This document shows, piece after piece, positions 38,057 through 50,460 of a DNA stretch of 64,000 bases. A model generated the notes under the pieces. It had not been told where the DNA came from. It saw nothing but the letters and a program-made list of their open reading frames with translations, and did no database searches. The stretch is taken from NCBI RefSeq assembly GCF_036321535.1, contig NC_087437.1, positions 2,914,001 through 2,978,000 of the forward strand, in the 5' to 3' direction. Made by a program: the position numbers and the translations under genes. This DNA comes from Camelus dromedarius (taxonomy: Eukaryota). Every line of letters begins with the position of its first letter. Position 1 is the first letter of the stretch.

Positions 38057-38402
38057 TGAGACAGGAAGGAAGCGGGCAGGGCACAGCTGTTCAAGAAATG
38101 ACACAGCCATTAGCACCAAGATGGCAGATAAGTCAACTCCCAGCAGAACTTGAGGGCCAAGATTTCAGGAGACTTGCCCTCCAGTGGACCTTGACCTTCA
38201 TTACACACACGGTAATGTACTAGCCTGGTGAATGACACTCCCACAGGTGCCAGGACAGTTCCCAGGCTGACTATGAAAGGTCAAAGAGAGGGTGGTGGCC
38301 CACTTCCTGGGAGTCCCCACCCCTTCCCCAGAGTAGTTGGAATAATCAAGCCCATAAAAACGAACAACCCCACCCGTGCCTCACGGTGCACGCTCTCTCT
38401 TG
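38057..38402 (+). mobile_element. MER41-like ERV1 LTR, 3'-truncated
   Basis: Starts 'tgagacaggaaggaagcgggcagggcacagc'; reverse complement of the 10039 and 62321 LTRs. Confidence 0.8.
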
Positions 38403-38899
38403 CTTCCAAATGCTGGTGCAGGTCATGGCTAACCTCTACCGGAGCTGAGCCTCTGAACCTCAGAGGCCATGGTTTCTCTGTTTTGGGGATGTTTTGCACA
38501 GAGAACAGAGTTGGAGCAATAATAGGTGCTCAAAAATAAGTTTATGGTACAAATGAGTGGTGTCATTGAAATGCCATCCGACCCCACCCTTGGGAACAGT
38601 TGTTTCAAGTTCACGAAGAAAAGAGACCAAGAAAACTAAGAAGCACGTGACCTTACAGGAAACTTTCCAAAGCTGCTGGTGACGGTGGTGACACAGGCCC
38701 TGACCCCAGCTGGCAGAAGTGTTCAACATAACACCGGTGGCCCCAGCAAGGTCGGTGCCCAAGGAGAAGGAAGCCAGGAAAGCAGTAGCTGCTACATAAA
38801 GCCCCTGTGCAGCGGATCGGATATAACACCGTTGGCAACAGCAGTAGTAATAACAATGGTTGTTATTATGATAATGATAACAATGACAATAACTAATTA

Positions 38900-39125
38900 T
38901 AGCATTAGCTAACTTTGCTAGAGAACCATCTATGTGCCAAGGGTTTTAGAAAAATTATCTCCATGATCTCAAAAGCCATTGAGCAAGGTAGGCATTATTA
39001 TCCTTATATTTTTAGATGTTGAAATGGTGATTAAGAAAGATGAAATAATTTGACGAAAATCACACACACCTATTCAAAATAGAGCTGGGATTCAGACCAA
39101 TATAGATCTGACCCAAACACCTGTG
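38900..39125 (-). mobile_element. MIR
   Basis: 'aaggtaggcattattatccttatatttttagatgttgaaa', 'gagctgggattcagacc'. Confidence 0.7.
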
Positions 39126-39384
39126 CTCCCTGGGTTGCCTCCTGGGTCCTTCCTAGGAAACTTTCAGGGGTCGCTAAGGAACCTCAGATCCCTCCTTGGG
39201 AAAATAAAGAACTTGCAGGTTTGGGGGGCCAGGGATTCACAGGGTTGAGATCATTGAAATAGTCCCCAAGTTCTTGATGGCGCTCCTTCTGACTGGTCTG
39301 ATCTGGAAAGCAAGGGTTATATTTAACTAAGGCCTGAGTGTCTCATTGGGAAGAAGAGCTTTCTTCCTGAGCATTTTATGTATT

Positions 39385-39870
39385 TATTTATTTGTTTTGT
39401 TTTTATTGAAGTCTAGTCAGTTTCCAATGTTGTGTCAATTTCTGGTGGACAGCATAATGTTTCAGTTATACGTATACATACATATATTCCTTTTCATAGT
39501 CTTTTTCATTAGAGGTTACTGCAAGGTATTGAATATAGTTCCCTGTGCTATACAGTAGGACCTTGTTATTTATCTGTTTTATATATAGTAGTGTGTATCT
39601 GTAAATCTCGAACTCCCAGTTTATCCCTTCTCACCTCCTTTCTCCACCCCGGTAACCATACGTTTGTTTTCTATGAGTCTGTCTCTATTTTGTAAATAAG
39701 ATCATTTGTGCCTTTTTTTTTTAGATTCCACATGTAAGTGATATCATATGATATTTTTCTTTCTTTTTATGGTTTACTTCAGTTAGAATGATGATCTCCA
39801 GATCCATCCATGTTGATGCAGATGGCATTATTTCATTCTTTGTTATGGCTGAGTAGTATTCCATTGTATA
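39385..39870 (-). mobile_element. Young L1 3' end
   Basis: Same family as 16060-16803. Confidence 0.92.
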
Positions 39871-40099
39871 AATGTATAAATATGGTAATATTCTTTATTT
39901 TTCCTAATCTGGCTGGTGGTTACTTGGATGTTCCCTGTTTGATAAGCTCTTAAACTATACGTTTGTGTGTGTGTGTGTACTACTCTGTATAGATAATATA
40001 TTTGACCATAAAAAACATAAAAGTGAAAGAAAAGGTTAAATAAATACTTGATCTGAAGTACACATTTAGTAAATGTTAGCTATTAGTATTACCGTTAAA

Positions 40100-40322
40100 G
40101 TAGCAGTTTTCAACTAGTGGAAGTTTCCCTCTTCAGGGGACATTTGGCAATGCCCAGAGACATTTCTGCTTGTTTGATCTGGGGAAGGGGAAGGGTGCTA
40201 CTGCATTTATTGGGTTGAGGCCAGGGGTCCTGTTAACATCCTACAGTTCACAGGACAGCCCCCGACACAAAGAATTATCTGTCCCGAATATCAGTAAACA
40301 ATGCCGAGGCAGAAATTCTGTA
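40100..40322 (+). mobile_element. MER20
   Basis: 'caggggacatttggcaatgcccagagacattt...caggacagcccccgacacaaagaattatctg'. Confidence 0.85.
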
Positions 40323-42627
40323 TCACCCCTTGTGTGGTACGTAATGCTCAGAAGACCTCAGTGAATGACTATCCCCACCCCCATCACAGGCTGTATTCTT
40401 TGCTTACATCTGTTTACAGCTTTCTTGTCAATTCATCACTGCTTCAATATGATAATGATGCATGGTTTCTGAATCCTTCAAGATCAAATACTGGATAACT
40501 CTAAATAGATGAAAATAATGGAATGGCCAGGGTTTCCTCTTAAATCACTTAGCTAGCGACCTGTCCTATTTGCTGGCAATAAACTCTGCTCTCTGGGGCA
40601 TTGTCAGAAATGCTAGGTGTCTGCTGCATCTGTCTTGTCTTCTGAATGACGAGGGTCATCTGTTGTCTCATTGAAGCTTTCTTCCTGTAAATTCAGCCTG
40701 TTATCATTCCAGGCCTGGTTTCTCAGGCAATAGTGGCAGAGGGCCAGTGGGGGCCACGTGCACCATCTTTACTTAAGCTCCAGAGACCTGGGCCAAGGGG
40801 CACCACTCAAGGGCCACTGGCAAACTGGGCGTTTCTTCCTCTGGACATATCTAAACATCTGTTGGGCCAGTAGCTGGCTTTTTCCAGCCACAATTTTCAG
40901 ATTATTAGATTAAGATAACCTCAAATCATAAAATTTTTTAAAAACCTCACTTAGAAAAGATGACAGATATCCAAAATTAGTGTGACAGTGTTCTCCCTGG
41001 TATAGGAAAAAACGTCAAAAAGGGAAGAAAGAAGTTAAATTGATACTTATCTGTGTGGATCTGATGGAACAATTGTGAGACAATGATTAATTTGATTGTG
41101 CAGCGAAGCTTCATACACCTTCATAGTAAGTAAAATAGTACATTTGAACCCTGTTAAGTAAAACACTTCTCTTATAATTATTTCCTCCCTTCTATAAATC
41201 ATATTGCCCTAAAAAAAAAAAAGTGCTTTATAGACTTGGCAATTCCAGAAGCTGAACTAGGTATGAGTTAGCGAGTCACTCCATCAATTTGGACCTCTTT
41301 CTGATATCACACTTACGATTCTGTACTTCAGTGTGTGCTTCAGACAACTTTCTTCTGGAGGCTCTCCCTTGATCTGCAGTCATCCTGTCAGAAGATATCC
41401 CTGAGTACAAATTTTAAACATCAGCTAACGAGGGATTCTGATTGGGTTGGCTCTTCGTGCCAGGAGGGATGAAATTTCTCTCTCTCTCCAATGTTAGCTT
41501 CTTACCACAGTTCAAGACAGATCTGCATCATACGATTGAAATAGGAAAGATCTGGGTTTAGCTGGGTCTCAGTTCTGCCGCTTACCGACTGCTTGACTCT
41601 CTGTGCCTGAATTTCCTCACCTGTGAAAGGAACAGACCCTTATGTTCTGAACAGCTGGGAAAATGGGGAGGGGGGTGTCATGGGCTGTCATGTGGGCAAT
41701 TTAAGAAAGGGGTGTGGGAGAGACAGAAACTAAATAGTTAAGGACCAGGAATTATGTTTGGGGGGAAAATTCAAAGACTGAGAATTTAATCCGGCTGACT
41801 GTAGAAAGAGGAAGAGGAAATACAAAGCATCTTTTTTTAGTGTCTATATGCGCAACATACACGCTAGGTCTGTGTGCTCACCCTCCCCTCGGTTAAATCC
41901 GTACTGCGGTCTCACAAGACAGATAGTAGTTTGCTTCTTTTTAGTGGAACCATAGTCTTGCCCATGACCCGTATGTAAGATGGTCTTCACTTCAAGGGTG
42001 AGCTGGATGCATCAGATCCTTGCTTTGGGGAATCAGGAAACAGCAGGAGAGGTGGGGAGAGAGAGAGCTTGAGAATACAGCTCATGAGAGAATTGGAGAG
42101 CGTGTACCCCTTCTCCATGGCCACCCACAGCGCTGTTAATCCTCAGATCCAAGTCAAGCATATCCCCACCTATTCCCCAACCCTGTGTGCACTTATGCAA
42201 AGATGAAATCATTTGGGCTGTTCTTCTCCAAGGTCCTAGTTAACATCCCAATGTCACAAGCACCCACGCAGGCCCCAGCAAGCCTCTCCTGAGCGGTGAC
42301 TGAGGGTCAGGCACTGTGCACACAGACAAAGGAAACCACCAGGGCCACTTGGATAAACCTGGGACTTCCCTCAGTGTTTCTACCTGCATGTTTTCTCACG
42401 TCGTCACAGCTGGCTCTTACCTTCCGGGCTTTGCCTGGCCAGTGCTACTGAACGAACGGGCTTCCCAGTCCCAGGGAGCGATACACTGTATACAGGACCA
42501 AAGCAGGGTTCTTCGTGCCCGATCAACCCCTCCGCCCACCCATGTATCGTCCACTTTGCCTTTTGCTCTTTATGCTAGGCCAGTTTACCCAAATACTTAA
42601 AAAACAAGGCAAAACATATGTAAATAA

Positions 42628-43090
42628 GTATAAAATAATGCCATTTGCAGCAACACAGATGGACCTGGTGACCATCACTCTCACTGAAGGAAGCCAGAAA
42701 GAGAAAGAAAAATACCATGTGACATCGCTCACATGTGCAATCTAAAAACAACAAAAATAAAAAAAGACAAAAATGAACTTATTTACAAAACAGAAACAGA
42801 CTCACAGACATAGAAAACAAACTCATGGTCACCAGGGGGGAAATGGGGGTGGGAAGGGATAAATTAGGAGTTTGGGATTAGCAGATACTAACTACTGTAT
42901 ATAAAATAGACAAACAACAAGGTCTTACTGTACAGCACAGGGAACTATATTCAATATCTTACAGTAACTTATAATGAAAAAGGATGTGGAAAGGAATATA
43001 TGTATGTATATGTATGACTGAAACATGATGCTGTACACCCAAAACTGACACAACATTGTAAACTGATTAGACTTCAATTAAAAAAAAAAA
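42628..43090 (+). mobile_element. Young L1 3' end
   Basis: 'ataatgccatttgcagcaacac...agccagaaagagaaagaaaaatacca...acttcaattaaaaaa'. Confidence 0.92.
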
Positions 43091-44244
43091 GCAAAATAAC
43101 TGTGTGTGGTTGCAGCCACTGCCTGGAACTCCTTTCCAGCCCTGTCCCTTAGGTGTTTGCCTGGTCCTGATCTCCTTTAGTCCATGATCCTCATCCCCTG
43201 ATCTCCTGGTTCCATAACCATGAACTTGTTCTTCTCGATGGTCTTCAGACCCAGAGCTCTGTACTGGGCAGTCTGGGGTCTCAACCTTGCCTTTCCCGTC
43301 TAGAATTAGCTGTAACACCCATGCTTTCATCGGGCTGCCTGCAGGTCGCTTGGCAGCACCTGGGCCATTCATAGCCCCTCACAGGAGGAAGGGGGCATTC
43401 GGGCATCACCCAAAGTCCGTTTTTCAACCATCCCATCAGCAGTGGTGGGATTTAGCCCCCTGATACAGCCGCCTGAAAGTGAGTCCATGTCTGAAAAGGG
43501 CTGAGAGGAGAGATGGGGGCAGAATTGAAATGAAGTCAGGATCCTGAGGTCCTTGGTGGCTAATGAATGCCTGTCTGTGACTGGAGACCTCAACAGGACA
43601 CAGGGCAGGAATCTGGAGGGCAAGAGGTTATCCAGTGCCCTGAATAACTAAGATGTGTGGTGAAAATCAAGTAGTGTTGAGAAATGGATTGCTTGCTGGG
43701 TTTGGCCATTCATTCTCTCGTTTATCACATGCTTATTAAGTAGCTGCCATGTCCCCAGAACCCGACCTAACTACTAATCTTTTCTGCCTCCATGAAGTTC
43801 TTCAGCCACTGTATTTCCAAAAACAGGCTTTGTCCACTGTGGCCAGATGTGAGGCCAGGGGTGTGAACAGGAAGGCTCCATTTTCAAGCTGTGCCAACAG
43901 CTGAGAAATTTCCAGGACAATTAGATTTGCTCTCTCTCCCCAGCAGCCAGCGGCATGGTGCAATATGGGGTCTTGGGGAGGCAGTAAGAGCACATTGCAG
44001 TAGAGTCCAGGTGGAAGGGGTTCTTGCTGAAAAGACAAGACAGCTACAGAGCCGGGAGTCCAACCTCAGGCTGGGCCTGTGCACAAGCCCTCTCTGTACA
44101 GAGAAAATACAGAAAGTCTAAAGAAGGATGTGGTATCGTCTGTGATCTAACCTTCCAGACACAATCTTGTGTACAAATAAGGTTACAAGATACATTCTGT
44201 TTGTAGCAGGCTTTTCCCATTAACATTATGAGTTTAAAAAAAAC

Positions 44245-44430
44245 TTATTGACGTGTACTTGATTTACAATCTTTGTTTCAGGTGTACAGCAAGGTGATTC
44301 AGTGATATATACACATATATTTTTTCTTTTTCATATTCTTTTCCATTATAGGCTATTATAAGAAATTGAATATAGATCCCTGTGCTCTACAGTAGGTCCT
44401 TGTTGTTTATTTTATATATAGTAATGTGTC
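44245..44430 (-). mobile_element. L1 3'UTR fragment
   Basis: 'gtttcaggtgtacagcaaggtgattcag...ccctgtgctctacagtaggtcc'. Confidence 0.85.
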
Positions 44431-46609
44431 TGCCATGGACATTATGTCTTGAAAACTTTCCCTCATCGTTAAACAATTTTAGAATAGAATCTTAATGGCT
44501 GCATACATCCCATTATTTGAGTGTGTCTTCATTTATTTAACCACATGTGTTGATTTCGCTTTGTTATAGTGTTTTATGAGTGTTCTTTGTGTCTCTGATT
44601 ATTCTTTTTGATAGATTCTTAGAAGAACTACTGAGTTTAGAGATTTTTAACTTCAAAAAGCCTTTGAGCCATACTACAAAACTTACAGCTTTTTTTTCAA
44701 ACCTTAAGTCCCCAAATGTGCCTCATCAGTGATGTGTGAGCATGACTGAAAAACTACACTCTCTCTAATGTTGTATATTATTTAAACAATCCTCCTATTG
44801 AGTTAATTGTTGAATTATCTCTTGAATGCCAGGAAGTGCCTCTTGATTTTTCAATATTTATTACCCTTTTCTGACTATTTCCGTGAGGAGAACGGGGGCG
44901 TGAAGCAGGCATCTGAAAGCCCTCGTTACCTTCTGTGTTCTCTGATGTACCTCCAGCCCGCTGCCAAGAGACGTTATAAATGACTCCTGTTCCCCTCGGA
45001 ACACTTGTCTGAGTCGTGTGAGATTTCTCTCCTCTCCTGGCTGATAAAGGAGTTTGGATGTGCTCAGGGGTGTGTTATGACTAGGAGCTGCTGACTGGGC
45101 TCTGGGAAAGGAACGATCATTAGAATTCTTTTTTTTAAACTCACTCAGCATTTTGATCTTGACTTAGAGTGTTGCTTCAAGAACGGAGTCCTAATTTTGG
45201 TTTTGTAATCCCTCAGTTTTATCCAGGGTTGCCACAAAATCTCCGTACACTGCCAAGGATAATTAAATATATTTCATTTGAAAATTAACCCAGAAAACTG
45301 TTTTAGGAGGGAAAAAATAGTATAATAAAGTCAAACCAATAAAGTAGGGGTTCTCAGTTCCCTGAAGATTGGCAAATACTTCCCTAACCACAAAGGACCT
45401 TCTTCTGTGTGGGACGTTTTGACACAACCAGACGTCATCTTTGTCGTTGTCATTTTTTGTTTGTTTTTGCTGCAAACAGTGAAGTAAGGTTGACTGGGAT
45501 GAGAAACCAGAGCTGGGATTATCTGGGAGGAACTGGCATTTTAGGGAACAGAGCTCGTCGTGGAAGCTGGGGAAAAAAATGGAGCCTCGGTGTAACATGG
45601 TATCTCAATAAACTGGTAACCAGCACTAGGTAATACGATGGTGGGATTCAGCAGGAAATGATGGGAATGGCCCAACACATGGACAAAGCACAGTGTGAAA
45701 ATAGATGGCACTGTGACCCAGCCGATGTGGCCAGCACTTCAGGGAAGGCTGCTGGATGACTGCGTGTGTCCGGATGTTCTGCATACAGGGCCTGGATGCT
45801 TCTTCCCGTCCACCTGACGAGGAAGGTGGATGAAGATGGTACAGAGACTGGGACCCCAGGCAGAAAGCTGGTTAGCCAGACCAGGGCATGAGGTGTCACC
45901 TTGATTTAGAAAGGAGCAGTTTTATTTCCTGAGCAGATTTGAAGGCCAGAGCTGCTTCACAGTCCAGGTGACAAAGCTGGGTCACGGAGCAGTGGGCAAG
46001 AGCTTTGGATAACCTCCTGGCCCGGAACTAGCTTGGTCTGCGGACAGGCTGTTGATGGCGGCTCGGGGCCCTGCTGTGGGGTGAGGCAGTTGTGCTGGAC
46101 TGGGAGCCAGGCAGGCCTAGCCCGTGACCAGGAAGGTGGTGTGGATAACGCAGCGCCTGCTTCCATCCCTGTTTGGCATCAGCGCAGCATCCTGTCTGTC
46201 GAGGCTCTTGACTGATCATGAAGCCAGTTTCACATCCTCCCCTCTTAGTCTCCTTTTGCTCAGGTACCTGCTGGAAGTCAGTCATCAACGCCCTGTTGAA
46301 GAGGAGGACAGAGAGGCCTGAGAAGGAAAGGGCATCAACCCCCACCCTCAGTGTCACACCTGTCAGAGGTGGAGGGGGGCTGCGGTGACAGCCCACCCAT
46401 CTTACTCCACTAGAGTGTTCTTAGAAAAGTGATTTATGGTGCCAAAGCAGTCCTTCATCATAGGACACTTAGCCATTTCCACTACTGTGACAAAGTTAGA
46501 AAGGTTTTGTACAAGCAGAATTTGGGGGGAAGTACTCCGTGTTTGAGAGGAACATGGATACCCCTATAACCCCCACCTTGATCAAACCACCAGTGTATAC
46601 TTCAGAGCC

Positions 46610-46810
46610 CTGGCAGTGTTGTGCGGTGGGCAGAGCATAGACTTGGGGCCAGACAGACCTAGGCCCACCACTTATTAGCTGAAATGGTCCTCAGGTCCCT
46701 CCTCCATAAACCAGCATCTTCTTGGCTCACCTTCTAGGGCTGTTTTGCATATGAGTTGGAATAATGCAAGTGGAAATGCTGTGTGTAGTGAAAAGTGTTA
46801 CATAAATAAA
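46610..46810 (+). mobile_element. MIR
   Basis: 'agagcatagacttggggccagacagacctagg...cacttattagctg'. Confidence 0.6.
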
Positions 46811-47922
46811 AATTACAGCTATGAAATGAAAAGAATGATTGAAATACTGAGTCCTCTGTCCTCTAAGCTGATTCTCCACCTCCAGCTCTAACCCTGGTCA
46901 GAATCTGCAGACAGGTAGGGCAGTGCTTGAAGAGACAAGTCAGCAGAGCTGCAGTCAGCTAGCAGGATGACTCACGGCCACCACAGGTGGTCATGGGCCA
47001 GGAAGGGCGGGGTTGGCAGGAGGAGGCCTGCAGTCCGATCTCTCTCTTAACTGGGGATGCTACTCCTGGAAAATAAAAAAGGCAAAAGTCAAATGTCCTA
47101 GGAAACAAGCTAATGACAGGCTTCTTAGCAAATAAGCTCAGTCCTTGTCTACAGGATGTTTTGGAAGGATTCCACCTGAATCTATGAAGTTGTAGGTTAT
47201 GGCTCCTTGGGAAATGGGAAGTAAGCTGTGTTCCCCACTGCTCTGTGTAAGTGACATGAATTGCACATGTTGCTTTGAGACTCGTAGGTCCATCTGGGCT
47301 TGGAGGGAGACCGTTGTGACAGGAAAAGACTTGGGAGGTCAGTGTCAGACGTCTCAGCCTCTCCTTGCTTTGTCGCTGCCCCATGATTACCTGTGTCTTT
47401 GAAAATATTAGAAAAGCTTGATAACTGGGTATGATCTCCAGTTCACGTTAGTCTGTTTTGACAATCTGATCTTTTGTGTCATCTCCTACACTTTCCTTGA
47501 GAATGAGCTGAAGCCCTCAGATCAGGAATTACTCACCCGTTATTCCCTTCAGATTACTTATTCACAGGGGCACTAAGATCGCCTGTTCATGACTCAAAGA
47601 CCCAGGAGGGAATTTTGTGTCTGCACCATCCAGCCATGTCGACTCCTTCTCCCCTCAGCCCCTTCTCTACCCATGACTCCTCCCCGACGTCCCCCTCCCA
47701 GGACCACATCCATCAGGTCCTCATCACCAGATGCTAGAGTCCTCCGGCTGCCTGGAGACGGACTTGAGACTGCTCTCTAACCAACCCTCTTGGACCCATC
47801 TGGGTCCACTGAGTGTAGAGTCTCCGTTCTCTTCTTGGAGTGGTCACTCCACTTGCCCGGTCCGTCCAGCTAGCTCAAAAGTTCCTGTCCTCCCCCTCCT
47901 TCCATCACACAGGTTGAGAAGA

Positions 47923-48003
47923 TGCACACAGACAGGTAGAGACTCAGCACAACACTGCACACCTGCACACAGACAGGTAGAGACTCAGCACACACTGCAC
48001 ACC
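47923..48003. repeat. Tandem duplication of a 41/40-bp unit
   Basis: tgcacacagacaggtagagactcagcac(a)acactgcacacc x2. Confidence 0.95.
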
Positions 48004-48379
48004 TGATCCTCCCTGCTCACGTGCCAGTGTCCCAGTCCACTTTTATGCTTTGGTTGAAGAACTGTCTTAGAGCTTCTCAGCCACAAACAGTTAACTGCTA
48101 GCCGTACCCTGACTGGGGAGAGACGGCCTTCCTAAAATCATTGACAAATGAGCCTGTTCTTACGTACTGTTCTGCCTCTGTGGATCTGTTCTATTAGAGG
48201 TGTCCTTGGTATTTAAAAATCAGTTTGAGAGGGGAAAAAAGTGTGGCTCTGTGGGAAGAACACCACCTGATTCTAATTTTTTAAAGTGTGTATTGAAAGC
48301 CCTGGAGGATGAGGACTCCTGTCTAGAAGGACCCTGTGTCCCTTTCAATAGTCTCCTTGTGCCTCTTGGGAGGACGGGA

Positions 48380-48610
48380 GGAGGCAGTATGGGGAGAGGG
48401 TAAAAGGATGTAAAACTGGAATTCAGCAGGTTGTGAAATGAAGAGACTCCCTCGTCTCCATTCAGTCACTGTGTGGCCCTAGACCCTTCCTTTCTCCTCC
48501 GTGAGCCTCATTTGTCCTTTGTGTAAAATTGAAACAAACATATACATTCAAGGGTGATTGAAAAGGTCAAAAGTGATGGTGGGTGCGAAGGCAATTTGTG
48601 AACTCTAAGT
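48380..48610 (+). mobile_element. MIR
   Basis: 'ctgtgtggccctag...gagcctcatttgtcctttgtgtaaaattg'. Confidence 0.55.
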
Positions 48611-49756
48611 GCTACCAGTAAGTGTTCCAATTTGGTATTTTAAGTAAAAAAGTCCTGATTGTTTTAGGGGGTTCTCTGAGTTATCTTTATTACCGCTGCT
48701 CCCACCCCTTATCAGCAGTTCCATAAACATTTATCGTGGGCAATTAGGCTCCATCAGGCTCTTACAGACCATCTGCTAAACAAATCCTAAGATCTGTTCC
48801 AAAGAGAGCAGAAATTCAAGAGACCAAAGTACACACAGACGCGCACACACGCATACAGACACACCCCTTCCCCCAAATCTCAGAGCTATCATTCCTTTAA
48901 ATCACGTGATGGAAAATACCTGATTGTTTCTCCCACTGTTGTTTATAATGCTGGCTGGGAGAGTGTCACTGGTGCCTTCTGGGCTCGTGCCCACAGGCTG
49001 ACTTGGAGTTTGTGGTGACTGTGAAGTCTAAAGGGGGAGGAGAACCAGGACACCCCATGGAAGGGGCCACCCTGGGATCAGAAGTCAAGGGTTAGGACTC
49101 AAAATGCCAAGGCTCCTTTGTCATCCTGGCATAGACTTTCTGCGGACCGGTCCCTTACCTTTGGTCCCCACCTCTGTGACTTTACACCCTTGTCTCATGG
49201 GGATGGTTGGGAAGAGAGTGAGGTCCCAGGCACCGAGCTCTTGGGATGTTCCATTTAGTTCAGTAGAGGCAGGAACTGGAGCAGGAGGATAAACTCAGCA
49301 TGTTGTCTGGTGATCCAGGACATTGGAATCAGGTTACTCTGAGTTACAAGGTCACGATCAGGACATTTATTAGTTATTCTAGATCTCTGTGGTTTAAACC
49401 AGCCATGTGCATCTAAGAGCAGCTCCATCAGTCTTTCATTTTTCATTAGGAAAATCTTAGTCTTTTGTCCAGAACAGGACTTGGAAAAACTAGCTGTTGA
49501 ATTCTGGTAGCTTGTCTGACCTCTTCCTAGATATTCAGTACAGTGGAGTCAGACAGACTTTGGTTCAGTTCTGCTGACTAGGTTTGCAACCAGGGGCAAG
49601 ATGGTCCAGCTTGTTGCAGTCAGTTTCTTCATTTGCAAAACATGGTATTGGTAACCAGGTGTTCTTGTAGTTTTCAAGCTAATGGATGTAACAATAGGAC
49701 CTAATGGTACCTACCTCATGGGTTCACTGTAAAGGATAAATGATACATTACATACA

Positions 49757-50460
49757 ATAGACAAGTCATGGAAACAACCTAAATGTCCATCGACAGATGA
49801 CTGGATAAAGAAGTTGTTGTATGTTTATGCAATCGAATACTACTCAGCCATTAAAAAAGAATAAAATAGCGCCATTTGCAGCAACATGGATGTACCTGGA
49901 GATCGTCATTCTAAGTGAAGTAAGCCAGAAAGAGAAAGAAAAATACCATATGATATCACTCATATGTGGAAAGAAGAAGAAGAAGAAGAAGAAGAAGAAG
50001 AAGAAGAAGAAGAAGAAGAAGAAGAAGAAGAAGAAGAAGAAGAAGAAGAAGAAGAAGAAGAAGAAGAAGAAGAAGAAGAAGAAGAAGAAGAAGAAGAAGA
50101 AGAAGAAGAAGAAGAAGAAGAAGAAGAAGAAGAAGAAGAAAAATGAACTTAAATATAAAACAGAAATAGACTCATAGAGATAGAACACAAACTTGTGGTT
50201 GCTGGGGTTAGGGGGTGGGCGAAGGGACAGAATGGGAGTTTGAAATTTGTAGATACTGACAGGTATATATAGAATAGATAAACAAGTTTATACTGTATAG
50301 CACAGGGAAACATATACAAGATCTTGTGGTAGCTCGTGGTTAAAAAGAATGTGAAAATAAGTATATGTATATTCATGTATGACTGAAACACTGTGCTGTA
50401 CAGCAGAAATTGACACAACATTGTAAACTGACTGTAACTCAATAAAGTTAAAAAAAAGAA
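49757..50460 (+). mobile_element. Young L1 3' end inserted in a MIR, carrying (GAA)56
   Basis: L1 ORF2 tail + 3'UTR; degenerate TSD aaatgatacattaca / aaatgctatattaca. Confidence 0.92.
49973..50140. repeat. Uninterrupted (GAA)56
   Basis: Directly visible; 56 consecutive E codons in ORF 49964-50146. Confidence 0.97.

Noticed and set aside
49821..50188. Poly-K/E/R/F ORFs
   Set aside because: These are reading frames of (GAA)56 inside an L1.
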